A stretch of 32,000 nucleotides of DNA from Synechococcus sp. A15-28 (GCF_014280175.1 NZ_CP047931.1:120001-152000), one strand, 5' to 3'; shown: positions 1 through 12,645, numbered from the stretch's first letter. Translations and numbers: made by a program. The notes: a model not told the origin generated them from the sequence alone.

Positions 1-266
1 TGGTGACTGATGGCGCCGCCCCGGTGCGCTGGCAATTGGGAGCCGACTCAGGTGAGCAGACCGCCTTTCAGCCCCCCACCGTCGTCGATACCACCGGCGC
101 TGGTGATGCCTTCACGGCAGGTCTTTTGCACCGGTGGGCCGCCGCACCCCAGGAGCGCATTCGTTTCGCGGCGGCCTGCGGCGCCCTGGTCTGCGGAGGC
201 CCCGGCGGCATTGATCCCCAACCAACAGAGGCTCAGGTGGAGGTTTTTCTGGGAGGTGTGAGCTGA
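1..266 (+). CDS. PfkB-family carbohydrate kinase (ribokinase/fructokinase-like), C-terminal fragment; the gene begins upstream of the window
   Basis: The frame is open from the window edge. The motif VVDTTGAGDAFTAGLL matches PfkB signature 2. Stop codon at 264-266. Confidence 0.75.
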   Translation, partial: VTDGAAPVRWQLGADSGEQTAFQPPTVVDTTGAGDAFTAGLLHRWAAAPQERIRFAAACGALVCGGPGGIDPQPTEAQVEVFLGGVS

Positions 267-730
267 GCGCGGCGGCCCTCTCCGACATGGCACAGCTCCA
301 AGCGCCAGGCTTCTGGCAGCGCCAAGCTGAGCCGTTCGGGCCATTCCACCGCCATCAGGGCTCCCATCGCCCGGGCCTCCTCCTCTTCCTGGAGAAACAG
401 CTCATCAGCTGATCCCGGAGCGTCCAGCCGGTAGAGATCCAGATGGACGAGGGGCGGATTCCCGTCCGGGTAGTGCTGGGCCAGGGCAAAGGTTGGACTG
501 GTGATCGCTTCAGTGATGCCGCAGGCCAGGGCAAGGCCCTGCACCAGTGAGGTTTTGCCCGCTCCGAGTGGCCCCTGCAACAGCAGGATGCTTCCCGCGG
601 GGAGATGGCCTGCCACGTGCTGACCAAGGCTCCGGGTTGTGGCCAGCGACTTGAGGGTCCAGACACACTGTGTACAGTCCGAACTGAGCGAGCCCGAAGC
701 CTCGGCGTCTCTGCAGAGATTCACCTCCAC
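233..730 (-). CDS. tsaE: tRNA threonylcarbamoyladenosine (t6A) biosynthesis ATPase TsaE/YjeE
   Basis: Walker A motif [19 protein letters not shown], followed by SPTFAL and LVHLDLYRL, which are typical of TsaE. GTG start at 730, with no alternative in-frame start nearby. Its 3' end overlaps the convergent pfkB-like gene by 34 nt. Confidence 0.75.
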   Translation of the reverse strand: MEVNLCRDAEASGSLSSDCTQCVWTLKSLATTRSLGQHVAGHLPAGSILLLQGPLGAGKTSLVQGLALACGITEAITSPTFALAQHYPDGNPPLVHLDLYRLDAPGSADELFLQEEEEARAMGALMAVEWPERLSLALPEAWRLELCHVGEGRRAQLTPPRKTST

Positions 731-752
731 GTTTCCCAGGGAGCATCAACTC

Positions 753-2183
<1,431 letters not shown>

Positions 2184-2243
2184 TCCACCCTCAGGTGGAG
2201 TGTTCAGCCCCGTGGAAGACTTGCGCGATCACGCGCAGGCTCC

Positions 2244-2903
2244 ATGGGGCTTTCTGATGTCATCACGCAGCTTCCGCAGCTGATCGGTCAGGCGGTTGAG
2301 GCCAACCAATGGCTGGGATACACGGCCATCTTCGCGGCGATGTTCCTGGAGAATCTGTTCCCGCCGATCCCCTCTGAGCTGATCATGCCCCTCGGGGGCT
2401 TCTACGTTCAGCAGGCGCAGCTTGAGTTGGTGCCGGTGGTCCTCGCCGGCCTGATGGGCACCGTGCTGGGTGCTCTGCCCTGGTACGGGATCGGTCGGTT
2501 GATCAATGAAGAGCGGATTGAGCAGTGGCTGAGGCATCACGGACGCTGGATCGGCATCAGTCCCGAGGAACTGGGACGCAGTCGCCGTTGGTTCGGCCGT
2601 TATGGAACCGCTCTGGTGTTCTGGGGGCGTCTGGTGCCCGGCATCCGCACCTTGATCTCCGTGCCGGCTGGCATCGAAATGATGCCGATGGCTCCGTTTC
2701 TGCTCTGGACAACGGCCGGCAGCCTGATCTGGACCCTGTTGCTCACCGTGGCCGGGATGGTGCTGGGTGAGGGCTACAGCAATGTTGAGGTGTGGATCGA
2801 CCCGGTCTCCAAAGCTGTGAAGGTGATCTTGGTGGTGGCTGTTTTGGGTGGGGCCATCTGGCTGGGCCTGGGGGTCTGGCGCCGGCGTCAGTCCTCAGAC
2901 TGA
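2244..2903 (+). CDS. DedA-family (SNARE-associated) integral membrane protein
   Basis: The FLENLFPPIPSELIMPLGG motif and multiple hydrophobic segments are typical of DedA/PF09335. ATG start at 2244. Confidence 0.8.
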   Translation: MGLSDVITQLPQLIGQAVEANQWLGYTAIFAAMFLENLFPPIPSELIMPLGGFYVQQAQLELVPVVLAGLMGTVLGALPWYGIGRLINEERIEQWLRHHGRWIGISPEELGRSRRWFGRYGTALVFWGRLVPGIRTLISVPAGIEMMPMAPFLLWTTAGSLIWTLLLTVAGMVLGEGYSNVEVWIDPVSKAVKVILVVAVLGGAIWLGLGVWRRRQSSD

Positions 2904-2925
2904 GCGCCGACGTCAACGGTTTGAT

Positions 2926-3312
2926 TCAGAAAGGGATTTCTTCGTCGGAGGCCTGACCACCGAAGCTGCCGGCGGCCTCCTGGTTGTCCCGTTTGGATCC
3001 CAGCAGTTCGAGCCGGTCGACGCGGACCACGGGTTTGCTGCGCTCTTCACCGCTGTTGCGGTCGGTCCAGCGATCCAGTTTGACGCTGCCGATGATGCCC
3101 AGCAGCGATCCCTTCTTGACATAGTCCGCAGCCACCTGGGCCTGTTTGCCCCAGATTTCGAGGTTGAACCAGTCCGGCTCATCGTCGCGGCTGCGGCGGT
3201 TCACAGCCATGGTGAGGTTGGCCACCATGCTGCCGGATTCGAAGTAACGCACTTCGGGGTCGCGGCCGGCACGGCCGACAAGGGTGACGGAATTCACGCC
3301 CATGGGATTCAT
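2926..3312 (-). CDS. ssb: Single-stranded DNA-binding protein
   Basis: OB-fold N-terminus VNSVTLVGRAGRDPEVRYFESGSMVANLTMAVNRR and DWFNLEIWGKQAQVAADYVKKG, with the acidic C-terminal tip DEEIPF. Confidence 0.9.
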   Translation of the reverse strand: MNPMGVNSVTLVGRAGRDPEVRYFESGSMVANLTMAVNRRSRDDEPDWFNLEIWGKQAQVAADYVKKGSLLGIIGSVKLDRWTDRNSGEERSKPVVRVDRLELLGSKRDNQEAAGSFGGQASDEEIPF

Positions 3313-3444
3313 CTCCTGGTGATGGTTTCAATGATGCGCCACGGTTTCGGTGGCTGCCTTCAAGGAGTTCCACCCAGACCGCCGGATGTAACAGGCACCG
3401 TTGAAATTCGCCTCTATGATTCACCGGCCTGAGGTCCTGAGACT

Positions 3445-4497
3445 GTGCTGTTTCGTCGTTTCCAGCTGTCTCGCGACATCGGTATCGACCTTGGCACTGC
3501 CAACACCCTGATCTACGTCTCCGGTCGGGGCATCGTTCTGCAGGAACCGTCCGTCGTCGCGCTGGATCTCGAGCGCGGAACACCCCTGGCTGTGGGTGAT
3601 GAGGCGAAGTTGATGCTGGGTCGGACCCCAGGCAACATCCGCGCTGTCCGTCCGCTCCGCGATGGTGTGATCGCTGACTTCGATGCGGCTGAGCAGATGC
3701 TCAAGACCTTCATCACCAAGGGCAATGAAGGCCGCGGCATCATGGCTCCACGCCTTGTGGTGGGCATCCCCAGCGGTGTCACAGGCGTCGAGCGGCGGGC
3801 CGTGCGGGAAGCCGGTATGGCCGGTGCAAGGGAGGTACATCTCATCGACGAACCGGTGGCGGCGGCGATCGGTGCGGGTCTCCCGGTGACCGAGCCCGTC
3901 GGCACCATGATCGTCGACATCGGCGGCGGCACCACCGAGGTCGCCGTGTTGAGCCTCGGCGGAACGGTTCTCAGTGAATCCGTGCGGGTGGCGGGTGACG
4001 AGATCAGCGATGCGATCGGCGTCTATCTCAAGAAGGTGCACAACATGGTGGTGGGCGAACGCACCGCGGAAGACATCAAGATCCGCATCGCCTGTGCGTT
4101 TCCTGACGATGCTTTTGACCAAGAGTCGATGGATGTGCGCGGTCTGCACCTTCTCTCCGGATTGCCCCGCACCATCAACCTGAAAGCCGGCGATCTAAGG
4201 GAAGCGATTGGTGAACCCCTCGACGTGATTGTTGAGGCTGTGAAGCGCACCCTGGAACGCACACCCCCTGAACTCGCCGCCGACATTGTGGATCGCGGCA
4301 TCATGCTGGCCGGTGGTGGAGCGCTGGTGCGCGGCATCAGCGATCTGATCAGCCACGAAACAGGCATCTTTGTCCACATCGCCGAAGACCCGCTGCTGTG
4401 CGTCGTCAACGGCTGCGGGCAGGTGCTGGAGGACTGGAAACGCCTGCAGCGTGTTGTTGATACGCCGGAATTCATCCGCTCACCTGCTGGCGCCTAA
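3445..4497 (+). CDS. mreB: Rod-shape-determining actin homolog MreB
   Basis: Motifs DIGIDLGTANTLIYV and MIVDIGGGTTEVAVLSLGG, and GIMLAGGGALVRG. 350 aa with a GTG start at 3445. Confidence 0.95.
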   Translation: MLFRRFQLSRDIGIDLGTANTLIYVSGRGIVLQEPSVVALDLERGTPLAVGDEAKLMLGRTPGNIRAVRPLRDGVIADFDAAEQMLKTFITKGNEGRGIMAPRLVVGIPSGVTGVERRAVREAGMAGAREVHLIDEPVAAAIGAGLPVTEPVGTMIVDIGGGTTEVAVLSLGGTVLSESVRVAGDEISDAIGVYLKKVHNMVVGERTAEDIKIRIACAFPDDAFDQESMDVRGLHLLSGLPRTINLKAGDLREAIGEPLDVIVEAVKRTLERTPPELAADIVDRGIMLAGGGALVRGISDLISHETGIFVHIAEDPLLCVVNGCGQVLEDWKRLQRVVDTPEFIRSPAGA

Positions 4498-4501
4498 GCC
4501 C

Positions 4502-5248
4502 ATGGCCCCAATGCTGCGGTCTGGGAACAGTCGCTGGCGCGGATTGGGTCGATTGACCCCCTGGCTTCTGCTGTTAGCGGGACTTGTAGTGGTCCGTCTC
4601 AGCAAGGGTGCCGGGTTTGTTGATGCCTACGCCTTGCTCAGTCGCCCGTTCTGGCCTGGGTCAGCGCAGCGGGAGTGGATCGTGTCCGCCAACGACCTGG
4701 AACTGAAATCCAGGCTGACCCTTCTGGAGAGGGATAACGAGCGCCTGCGGGGACTTCTGGCTCTTCAGCAGGATGGCGCCGCTGATGGTGTGGTCTCGGC
4801 GGCAGTGATCTCCCGACGCCCCCGCGGTTGGTGGCAGCAATTGGAACTCGGCAAAGGGAGTCTTCACGGCATTGCACGGAACGATGCCGTGCTGGGTCCC
4901 GGAGGACTTGTGGGACGTGTTGCCAGCAGCAGCCCAGCGACAGCGCGCGTGAAGTTACTGACCGCTCCAGGTCACGAGATCGGTGTGTGGCTGCCCCGTT
5001 CGCGTCGCCATGGCTTGCTGGTGGGGACGGGCTCCAGCCGACCGAAGCTTCGTTTCATCGATCGGGATCCGGATGTGCGCCCCGGTGATTTGGTGAGTAC
5101 GTCGCCAGCCAGCACATTGTTGCCCCCCAACATTCCTGTGGGTGTGGTCCAGGCCGTGGACGAGCAGGTGACGCCGTCTACAGCTGCAGTGGTGCAGCTG
5201 ATCGCTGCTCCAGAGGCCATCGATTGGGTGCAGGTGATGACGCGCTGA
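4502..5248 (+). CDS. mreC: Rod-shape-determining protein MreC
   Basis: Lies immediately downstream of mreB. ATG at 4502 gives an N-terminal transmembrane segment (LTPWLLLLAGLVVV), a coiled-coil (LELKSRLTLLERDNERLRGLL) and a beta-rich C-terminal part (GLVGRV, GDLVSTS). The tracked ORF start at 4370 overlaps mreB and is rejected. Confidence 0.8.
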   Translation: MAPMLRSGNSRWRGLGRLTPWLLLLAGLVVVRLSKGAGFVDAYALLSRPFWPGSAQREWIVSANDLELKSRLTLLERDNERLRGLLALQQDGAADGVVSAAVISRRPRGWWQQLELGKGSLHGIARNDAVLGPGGLVGRVASSSPATARVKLLTAPGHEIGVWLPRSRRHGLLVGTGSSRPKLRFIDRDPDVRPGDLVSTSPASTLLPPNIPVGVVQAVDEQVTPSTAAVVQLIAAPEAIDWVQVMTR

Positions 5249-5250
5249 CC

Positions 5251-5760
5251 ATGGCCCGCTTGCATCAGCAGCCGCTCTGTGTGGCCTCAAGTCTGCTGGT
5301 CCCCCTGGCCACCCTCGCGACTCCCCCCTGGTTGGGCATCGGCGGCGTTCCACCGGCCTGGGCCGTCATCTGGTTGTTGCCCTGGGCGCTGGTGGATGGG
5401 CCGGTTTCCGGTGCGTTGTCCGGCCTCGCCGTGGGCCTAGTGATGGATGGTATGCATCTGTCGGGTTCGAGCCAGATCCCGGCGCTGGTGCTGCTGGGCT
5501 GGTGGTGGGGGCGGCTGGGGCGTCGGGCCCAACCGATCCAGCGCAGCCTCAATCTCGGTTTGCTGGCCTGGCTGGGCTCGATGCTGTTGGGACTCACGGT
5601 GCTCGCTCCACTGTTGATGCGTTCCGGCTGGCCGCTGGACCCACTGCTGCGGAGCTGGGGTTGGCACACCCTCTGGTGTCAGGCTCTGATCACCGCACTC
5701 CTGGCACCGATGCTTGCCTCCGTGCAACTGCTGATCTGGCGTCGGAGGGTGCCGTCATGA
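5251..5760 (+). CDS. mreD: Rod-shape-determining protein MreD (polytopic membrane protein)
   Basis: Its position directly after mreC (ATG at 5251, 3 nt after the mreC stop), its size (169 aa) and its wholly hydrophobic sequence. There is no diagnostic motif, so the call rests on synteny. Confidence 0.65.
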   Translation: MARLHQQPLCVASSLLVPLATLATPPWLGIGGVPPAWAVIWLLPWALVDGPVSGALSGLAVGLVMDGMHLSGSSQIPALVLLGWWWGRLGRRAQPIQRSLNLGLLAWLGSMLLGLTVLAPLLMRSGWPLDPLLRSWGWHTLWCQALITALLAPMLASVQLLIWRRRVPS

Positions 5761-7046
5761 AACTCAGCCGCCGGCAGCTGCTGGTGGGATCGCTGGCAAC
5801 AGGGCTGGCGGCCTGTGGTCGACCTGCATCGCGACAGCAGTCCCTAGAGCTCTGGACCCTGCAGCTGGCTCCCAAATTCAATGACTACTTCGCTGAGGTG
5901 CTGGGGGACTGGCGACAGCGACGTCCCGCTGCTGGGGTGCGCTGGACAGACCTGCCATGGGGATCGGTGGAGCGAAAGCTGCTGGCGGCTGTCTATGCCC
6001 GTACGGCGCCTGATGTGGTGAACCTCAACCCACCGTTTGCCGCCAATCTCGCCAGCAAGGGGGGGCTGACGGATCTGACCCCTCTCCTCCCCCCGACGGC
6101 TGCGAGCCGATACCTCTCATCCGTCTGGGAGGCCTGCCGCGATGCTGATGCCGGACAGATCGCGATCCCCTGGTATCTAACGGTTCGCCTCAGCCTGGTG
6201 AACCGTCGCCTAATGGAGCGAGCGGGAATCGATCAACCCCCCAGTTTTTGGGAGGAGATTCCAGGGTTTGCCCGTCGTATCCGTGAGCGAACGGGTCGCT
6301 ACGGACTCTTCATCACGACTGTGCCGGATGACTCGGCGGAGTTGCTCGAGTCGATGGTGCAGATGGGTGTCACCCTGCTGGATGACCAGCGTCGGGCGGT
6401 TTTCGACAGTCCATCCGGTCGTCAGGCCTTCCGCTTCTGGACGGACCTCTATCGGGAGGGGCTGTTGCCTCGTGAAGTGGTCAGCCAGGGTCAGCGTCGG
6501 GCGATTGAGCTGTTTCAAAGCGGTGATCTCGCCATGGCGGCCACAGGAGCGGAGTTTCTGCGCAGCATCCAGGTCAATGCACCGGGCATCGCCGCCGCAA
6601 CGGAACCGCATCCGCCCCTCACCGGACCCGATGGCACGGCCAATGTGGCCCTGATGACACTGGCGGTTCCCCAGCAGAGTGTGCGCGCCCAGGAGGCCGT
6701 GGACCTGGCCTTGTTCCTGACCGATGCCGCCAATCAAATCCGTTTTGCGCAACAGGCCAGGGTGCTGCCCTCCTCCCTTGAGGCCCTGGCGGTGGTGCGT
6801 TCGTCGCTGGAGCAGGAGCAACCCGCCACAGAGCAGGAGCAACAGATTCGCAGCGCCCGCCTGCTCTCCGCTCAGACCCTCCAGCAGGCAAGGGTTCTGG
6901 TGCCGGCTCTCCCGGGGATCAAGCGTCTGCAGAGCATCATCTACACCCAATTGCAGCGGGCGATGCTGGGGCAGCTGGACAGCGATGTGGCGCTAAGGGA
7001 GGCCGCGCGGGAATGGAATCGTTATTCCCAGGCGCGCTGGCCATGA
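5757..7046 (+). CDS. ABC-transporter extracellular solute-binding lipoprotein (family 1, sugar-type)
   Basis: ATG at 5757 gives MKLSRRQLLVGSLATGLAACG, a Tat-like/lipoprotein signal with a lipobox Cys. About 429 aa with the alpha/beta pattern of sugar-binding SBPs (WTDLPWG, IPWY). The start overlaps the mreD stop (ATGA). Confidence 0.7.
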   Translation: MKLSRRQLLVGSLATGLAACGRPASRQQSLELWTLQLAPKFNDYFAEVLGDWRQRRPAAGVRWTDLPWGSVERKLLAAVYARTAPDVVNLNPPFAANLASKGGLTDLTPLLPPTAASRYLSSVWEACRDADAGQIAIPWYLTVRLSLVNRRLMERAGIDQPPSFWEEIPGFARRIRERTGRYGLFITTVPDDSAELLESMVQMGVTLLDDQRRAVFDSPSGRQAFRFWTDLYREGLLPREVVSQGQRRAIELFQSGDLAMAATGAEFLRSIQVNAPGIAAATEPHPPLTGPDGTANVALMTLAVPQQSVRAQEAVDLALFLTDAANQIRFAQQARVLPSSLEALAVVRSSLEQEQPATEQEQQIRSARLLSAQTLQQARVLVPALPGIKRLQSIIYTQLQRAMLGQLDSDVALREAAREWNRYSQARWP

Positions 7047-7152
7047 TCGCTGTCCTTTCTTAAGAGAATCGGTAAAGCGACCGCTGTCAGAGCGGTTTCG
7101 ACCCGGTCTGTTCGGATTGAACGGTAAGGTTTCAACTCGTTAAGCCAGGTTG

Positions 7153-7914
7153 ATGTCTGGTGACGTCCTGAGCCAACCCAAAGCCACTGTCCTGGTCGTT
7201 GATGACGAGGCGGCTGTTCGGCGCGTCCTGGTGATGCGGCTGCAACTTGCTGGCTACCGCGTGGTGTGCGCTGAGGATGGTGAACTGGCGTTGTCGCTGT
7301 TTCACAGCGAATCACCGGATCTGGTGGTGCTCGATGTGATGCTGCCGAAGCTCGATGGATTCGCGGTATGCCGTCGTCTGCGGGCGGAATCCTGCGTACC
7401 AATTATTTTCCTTTCGGCTGTCGATGCCATTTCGGAGAAGGTGGCCGGCCTGGACCTGGGAGCCGACGACTACCTGCCGAAACCATTCAGTCCGAAGGAG
7501 CTCGAAGCACGCATCGCCACCATCCTCCGCCGTGTGGGTCGGGGAGCCGCTGAGATCGAAAGCCGTGAGTTGCCGACCGGTCAAGGGGTGATGCGACTGG
7601 GCGAGCTGGTGGTGGATACCAACCGCCGACAGGTCACCCGTGGTGCCGAACGGATCAACCTCACCTACACCGAATTCAGCCTGCTGGAATTGCTGTTCCG
7701 CGAACCCGGCCAAGTGGTTCCCCGAGCGGAAATTTTGGAGCAACTCTGGGGTTACCCGCCCCGCCGCGCCGCTGACCTGCGGGTGGTCGATGTGTACGTG
7801 GCTCGGCTTCGGGGCAAGTTGGAACCGGATCCCCGTAATCCCGAGCTGATTCTCACGGTTCGAGGCATCGGTTATTGCTCGCAGCGTCTTGGGGAGACCG
7901 CGGCGACGGCCTGA
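7153..7914 (+). CDS. OmpR-family two-component response regulator (RpaB/Ycf27-like paralog)
   Basis: Receiver domain VLVVDDEAAVRRVL ... DLVVLDVMLPKLDG ... GADDYLPKPFSPKELEARI. Winged-helix output domain LTYTEFSLLELL ... VDVYVARLRGKLE ... TVRGIGY. Confidence 0.85.
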   Translation: MSGDVLSQPKATVLVVDDEAAVRRVLVMRLQLAGYRVVCAEDGELALSLFHSESPDLVVLDVMLPKLDGFAVCRRLRAESCVPIIFLSAVDAISEKVAGLDLGADDYLPKPFSPKELEARIATILRRVGRGAAEIESRELPTGQGVMRLGELVVDTNRRQVTRGAERINLTYTEFSLLELLFREPGQVVPRAEILEQLWGYPPRRAADLRVVDVYVARLRGKLEPDPRNPELILTVRGIGYCSQRLGETAATA

Positions 7915-7959
7915 ACCACCCACGAGCGGGCAGGATGGCGCCCGATTGCCACGTCTGCT

Positions 7960-9468
7960 GTGTCTGAGCTGCGCGACACCCGTTTGGAGAAGTCCAGGGC
8001 ACTGGCTGATCTCGGGCAGGGGCCCTACGCCCTCGGTTTTGAGCCGACCCACCGCATGTCGGCCCTGCAGGAGACCCATGCCGATCTCCCCAAAGGAGAA
8101 GAGCGTGCTGTGACTGTGTCCGTCGCCGGTCGCGTGATGACGCGGCGGGTGATGGGCAAGCTCGCCTTTTTCACCCTGGCGGATGAGACCGGCACCATTC
8201 AGCTGTTTCTGGAGAAAGCAGGTCTGGAGGCGCAGCAGGAGGGCTGGTTCAAGCAGATCACCGGATTGGTGGATGGTGGTGACTGGCTTGGGGTGAGCGG
8301 CACCCTGCGCCGCACCGATCGCGGTGAGCTGTCGGTGAAGGTGAGCGACTGGCGCATGCTCAGCAAGGCGCTGCAGCCGCTGCCGGATAAGTGGCACGGT
8401 CTTGCCGATGTGGAGAAGCGCTACCGCCAGCGCTACCTCGATCTCATCGTGTCTCCAGACACCCGGGAGACCTTTCGCCGCCGGGCGCGGCTGGTGAGTG
8501 GCATCCGCCGCTGGCTGGATGAACGGGACTTCCTCGAAATCGAGACGCCGGTGTTGCAAAGCGAACCCGGCGGTGCCGATGCACGTCCATTTGAGACCCA
8601 TCACAACGCCCTTGATCTCCCCCTCACCCTGCGCATCGCCACCGAGCTGCATCTCAAGCGGCTGGTGGTGGGGGGCTTCGAGCGGGTTTACGAACTGGGC
8701 CGGATCTTCCGGAATGAGGGGGTCAGCACCCGTCACAATCCGGAGTTCACCTCGGTGGAGATCTATCAGGCCTATTCCGATTACATCGGAATGATGGAGC
8801 TCACCGAGCAGATGATCAGTGCCGTCTGTCAGGAGGTTTGCGGCAGCTGCCAGATCACGTACCAGGGCACGGAGATTGATCTGAGCCCTCCCTGGCGCCG
8901 AGCGACCATGCATGAGCTGGTGGAGGAGGCCACCGGGCTTGATTTTCAGAGCTTTGGCAGCCGGGAGGAGGCCGCGGCGGCGATGGTGGCCAAGGGCCTG
9001 CATGCCCCTGAGCTGGCCGATTCCGTAGGGCGCCTGCTGAATGAGGCCTTCGAGCAGGCGGTGGAGACAACGTTGATTCAGCCCACCTTTGTGACCGATT
9101 ACCCGGTGGAGATTTCACCCCTGGCCCGGCCTCACCGCAGCAAGCCTGGCCTGGTGGAACGCTTCGAGCTGTTCATCGTCGGCCGTGAGCATGCCAATGC
9201 CTTCAGTGAGCTCACGGATCCGGTGGATCAGCGCCAGCGCCTGGAGGCCCAGCAGGCCCGCAAGGCGGCTGGGGATCTGGAAGCTCAGGGGCTGGACGAA
9301 GACTTCGTCACGGCCCTGGAGGTAGGTATGCCTCCCACCGGTGGCCTCGGCATCGGCATTGATCGTTTGGTGATGCTGCTCACGGACAGCCCTTCCATTC
9401 GCGATGTGATCGCCTTCCCGCTCTTACGGCCGGAGTCCAGGGCAGAGGATGCCCCCGCAATGGGATAA
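7960..9468 (+). CDS. lysS: Lysyl-tRNA synthetase, class II
   Basis: 502 aa with a GTG start. Has an OB anticodon-binding N-domain and class II motifs ([55 protein letters not shown]). Confidence 0.95.
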   Translation: MSELRDTRLEKSRALADLGQGPYALGFEPTHRMSALQETHADLPKGEERAVTVSVAGRVMTRRVMGKLAFFTLADETGTIQLFLEKAGLEAQQEGWFKQITGLVDGGDWLGVSGTLRRTDRGELSVKVSDWRMLSKALQPLPDKWHGLADVEKRYRQRYLDLIVSPDTRETFRRRARLVSGIRRWLDERDFLEIETPVLQSEPGGADARPFETHHNALDLPLTLRIATELHLKRLVVGGFERVYELGRIFRNEGVSTRHNPEFTSVEIYQAYSDYIGMMELTEQMISAVCQEVCGSCQITYQGTEIDLSPPWRRATMHELVEEATGLDFQSFGSREEAAAAMVAKGLHAPELADSVGRLLNEAFEQAVETTLIQPTFVTDYPVEISPLARPHRSKPGLVERFELFIVGREHANAFSELTDPVDQRQRLEAQQARKAAGDLEAQGLDEDFVTALEVGMPPTGGLGIGIDRLVMLLTDSPSIRDVIAFPLLRPESRAEDAPAMG

Positions 9469-9495
9469 TTAACTCAGTGGCATGGTCCAAATCCC

Positions 9496-9759
9496 ATGAG
9501 TGGAGAGCGCGTTGGGTTCCGCTTCAAGCACGCCGATGCGGTGGTCAAGCGCAACCCCCAGGGCCGTTCCCGCCGGGGTTGGGTGATGGAGCCGGTGGAA
9601 CAGACCACGAGTCGCGGCACCAAGATGCCCGCGTACCGGATTCGTTGGCGCGATAGTGAGCGCCCCGAAATCGTGCTGCAGCACATGCTGATCGCCGACC
9701 CGGACCCCACCCCTCCGCCCGAGGGTGTCAGCCTCGAGCCTCCTGCTCCCAAGGCCTGA
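9496..9759 (+). CDS. Small conserved hypothetical protein (87 aa)
   Basis: ATG start, core-like codon usage and a compact fit between lysS and a convergent gene. No recognisable motif. Confidence 0.5.
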   Translation: MSGERVGFRFKHADAVVKRNPQGRSRRGWVMEPVEQTTSRGTKMPAYRIRWRDSERPEIVLQHMLIADPDPTPPPEGVSLEPPAPKA

Positions 9760-9772
9760 GTCAGCTCAGGCC
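9753..9772. terminator. Perfect 8-bp stem / 4-nt loop hairpin shared by two convergent genes (possible bidirectional terminator)
   Basis: GGCCTGAG-TCAG-CTCAGGCC. The stem-loop contains the TGA of the + strand ORF (9757-9759) and the stop of the - strand ORF (9761-9763). There is no U-tract on either side. Confidence 0.35.
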
Positions 9773-10240
9773 GGCGTCCCGTCGCAACTGCTCAAGTTCC
9801 TGCTCGGCTTCGAACAGGGCCCAGTCCTTCTCCAGTGTTGAGGGGCTGGGTGTTTGTTGTTGTTGGTGAAGCTCCTTCAGCTGTTGCTCCACCTCGTTGA
9901 AGCGGCGTCCCAGATTTTCCAGGTCGGCCCAGAGGGCACGGCCCTGGCTCATCAGGCTGGTGAGATGTTGTTCGGCTTGCCCGGCTAGATCCGCTGCGCC
10001 GGCTGCCGTGGCACGCTCCACCCGGCTGCGCCAGGCCCGTACGTCCTCTGCCAGCCTCAGCAGCTGCTGGCGTTGCTGCTTCGCTTCGCCCTGCAGTTGC
10101 TTACGTTGCCGCTGGAGGGCTGTCGCCCGATCCTTCAGGTGCTGTTCGCTGAACAGTTGCTCCTGGACGGGGTTGTTGCGTAGAAAGGCGGAGAGCCGAG
10201 CATCCAGCTCCCGCTCCAGCTGCTCCAGCCAGCTGCTCAT
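9761..10240 (-). CDS. Coiled-coil hypothetical protein (159 aa, Q/R/E/L-rich)
   Basis: Heptad-like sequence throughout (LEQLERELDARL, QRQRKQLQGEAKQQRQQLLRLAEDV, EVEQQLKELHQQQQ). Its start overlaps the upstream gene's stop (ATGA). Function unknown. Confidence 0.6.
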   Translation of the reverse strand: MSSWLEQLERELDARLSAFLRNNPVQEQLFSEQHLKDRATALQRQRKQLQGEAKQQRQQLLRLAEDVRAWRSRVERATAAGAADLAGQAEQHLTSLMSQGRALWADLENLGRRFNEVEQQLKELHQQQQTPSPSTLEKDWALFEAEQELEQLRRDAGLS

Positions 10241-10470
10241 GCCTCGCCTGGGGTGGTGATCACTGGTTTTTCGATCTCTTTCTCCAGGGACTCGATCGCG
10301 GCTGTTTTGGATTTCAGGATCATCTGGGTGAGCTGTGCCGCTTTCACTTCGCCCACCTCACCTTCCAGTTCGCCCAGGCGATCGAAGGCCGCCATGTAGA
10401 CCGCGTCCAGGTCTTGGATCAGCTGCTCACGCTGCCGTTTGATGGCTTGACGCCGTTCGTCTGATTTCAT
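10237..10470 (-). CDS. Small helical hypothetical protein (77 aa), translationally coupled to the coiled-coil gene
   Basis: ATG at 10470, charged helical sequence, and a 4-nt ATGA overlap with the downstream ORF. Confidence 0.5.
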   Translation of the reverse strand: MKSDERRQAIKRQREQLIQDLDAVYMAAFDRLGELEGEVGEVKAAQLTQMILKSKTAAIESLEKEIEKPVITTPGEA

Positions 10471-10514
10471 GCGGCCTGAGCTCCTGGACTCCGTCTTTGG
10501 ATTAGTCTGTTAGC

Positions 10515-11464
10515 TCAGTTTGCCGGCAAAAGCAGATGCAGAGCCATCTGCTGGTGTGGATCGGTCCAGCGGCGTTGGATCCGCCAGCCGGCCTGGGCTG
10601 CGAGGGCGGCCGCGGAGTCCGGTGAGTACTTGACGCTGTGTTCAGTGATCCAGGCGTCGCCCTGGCGAAAGAACCAGGCCTCACCGCCCAGGTTTAAGGT
10701 CTGATCCTGTGTGCTCACCAGCGCCATTTCGATGCGCTGATGCCCCGCCTGCCATTGGGCCCGGTAGCGGAATTGCGTGGGATCGCCATCGCCCTGCAGG
10801 TCTCGGTTGAGCCGCTGCAGCAGGTTGCGGGCGAATGCGGCGGAAACGCCGGCGGCATCGTCGTAGGAGGCCTCCATCAGGGCCGGCTCGCGCGGTTGAT
10901 CCAGCCCCAGCAGCAGCGGCCCTCCAGCCAGCAGCCGCCGGGCACTGCGCAGAAAGTCGACAGCTTCCTCTGGAGTGAAGTTGCCCAAGGAGCTGCCAGG
11001 AAAGAAGCCGATGCGCCTTTGGCCGTCCAGAGCGGGATGCTGCGGCAGCTGCTCCAGGCGGGTGTGGTCACAGCAGATGCCCACCATGGCGGTGTTGGGG
11101 TGTCTGGCCGCGAGGCCGGAGAGCGCCTCCTTCAGGGCGCTGAGGCTGATGTCCAGCGCGGCGAAGACGCTGCTGCCCAGAGCTGTGAGCAGCGGATCCA
11201 CCTTGCGGGCATTCCCGATGCCGAATTCCACCACCATTCCGGGGCCCGTGGCGGCAGCGATGGCGGGTGCGTTCTTTTCCAGCAGAGCGATTTCCCGTTG
11301 GGTGAGGGTGTATTCCGGTTGCTTGCAGATCTCGGCGAACAGCCGGGATCCCTCGGCGTCGTAGAGCATCCATGCCGGTAGTTGGCGAGGACTGCGCCGC
11401 AAGCCATCCCGAACCAGGCGTTGCAGATCCGCCGAGGGTGGGTGGAGGTTGAGCAGGCTGATGC

Positions 11465-11468
<4 letters not shown>
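10515..11468 (-). CDS. egtD: L-histidine N-alpha-methyltransferase (EgtD-like, ergothioneine biosynthesis)
   Basis: 317 aa from the ATG at 11468. Motifs include LPAWMLYDAEGSRLFAEICKQPEYTLTQRE, EFGIGNARK, FFPGSSLGNF and the C-terminal SVKYS. The long upstream extension of the tracked ORF (to 11930) overlaps egtB and is rejected. Confidence 0.8.
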
Positions 11469-12613
<1,145 letters not shown>

Positions 12614-12645
12614 GGACCCGATCCAATCTGCATGGACCTTAGGGG

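Noticed and set aside
2848-3432. A 194-aa + strand ORF covering ssb.
   Set aside because: It is antisense to a clear ssb gene with the diagnostic OB-fold and DEEIPF tail, and it has no motifs.
7047-7152. Possible RpaB-type HLR1 direct repeats or an sRNA in the leader of the response-regulator gene. The region includes a short hairpin ACCGCT-GTC-AGCGGT.
   Set aside because: The TTACA-like half-sites I could find match the consensus poorly. The hairpin is short and has no U-tract. Nothing is convincing without comparative data.
7312-9003. A 563-aa ORF on the minus strand, opposite lysS and the response regulator. Similar long antisense or off-frame ORFs occur at 510-1127, 1572-2171, 3421-4149, 6210-6950, 19125-20129 and 21147-21752.
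   Set aside because: They lie entirely within well-supported genes on the other strand or frame. Their Arg/Pro/Gly/Ala-rich low-complexity translations are typical of stop-poor GC-rich DNA, and they carry no recognisable motifs.
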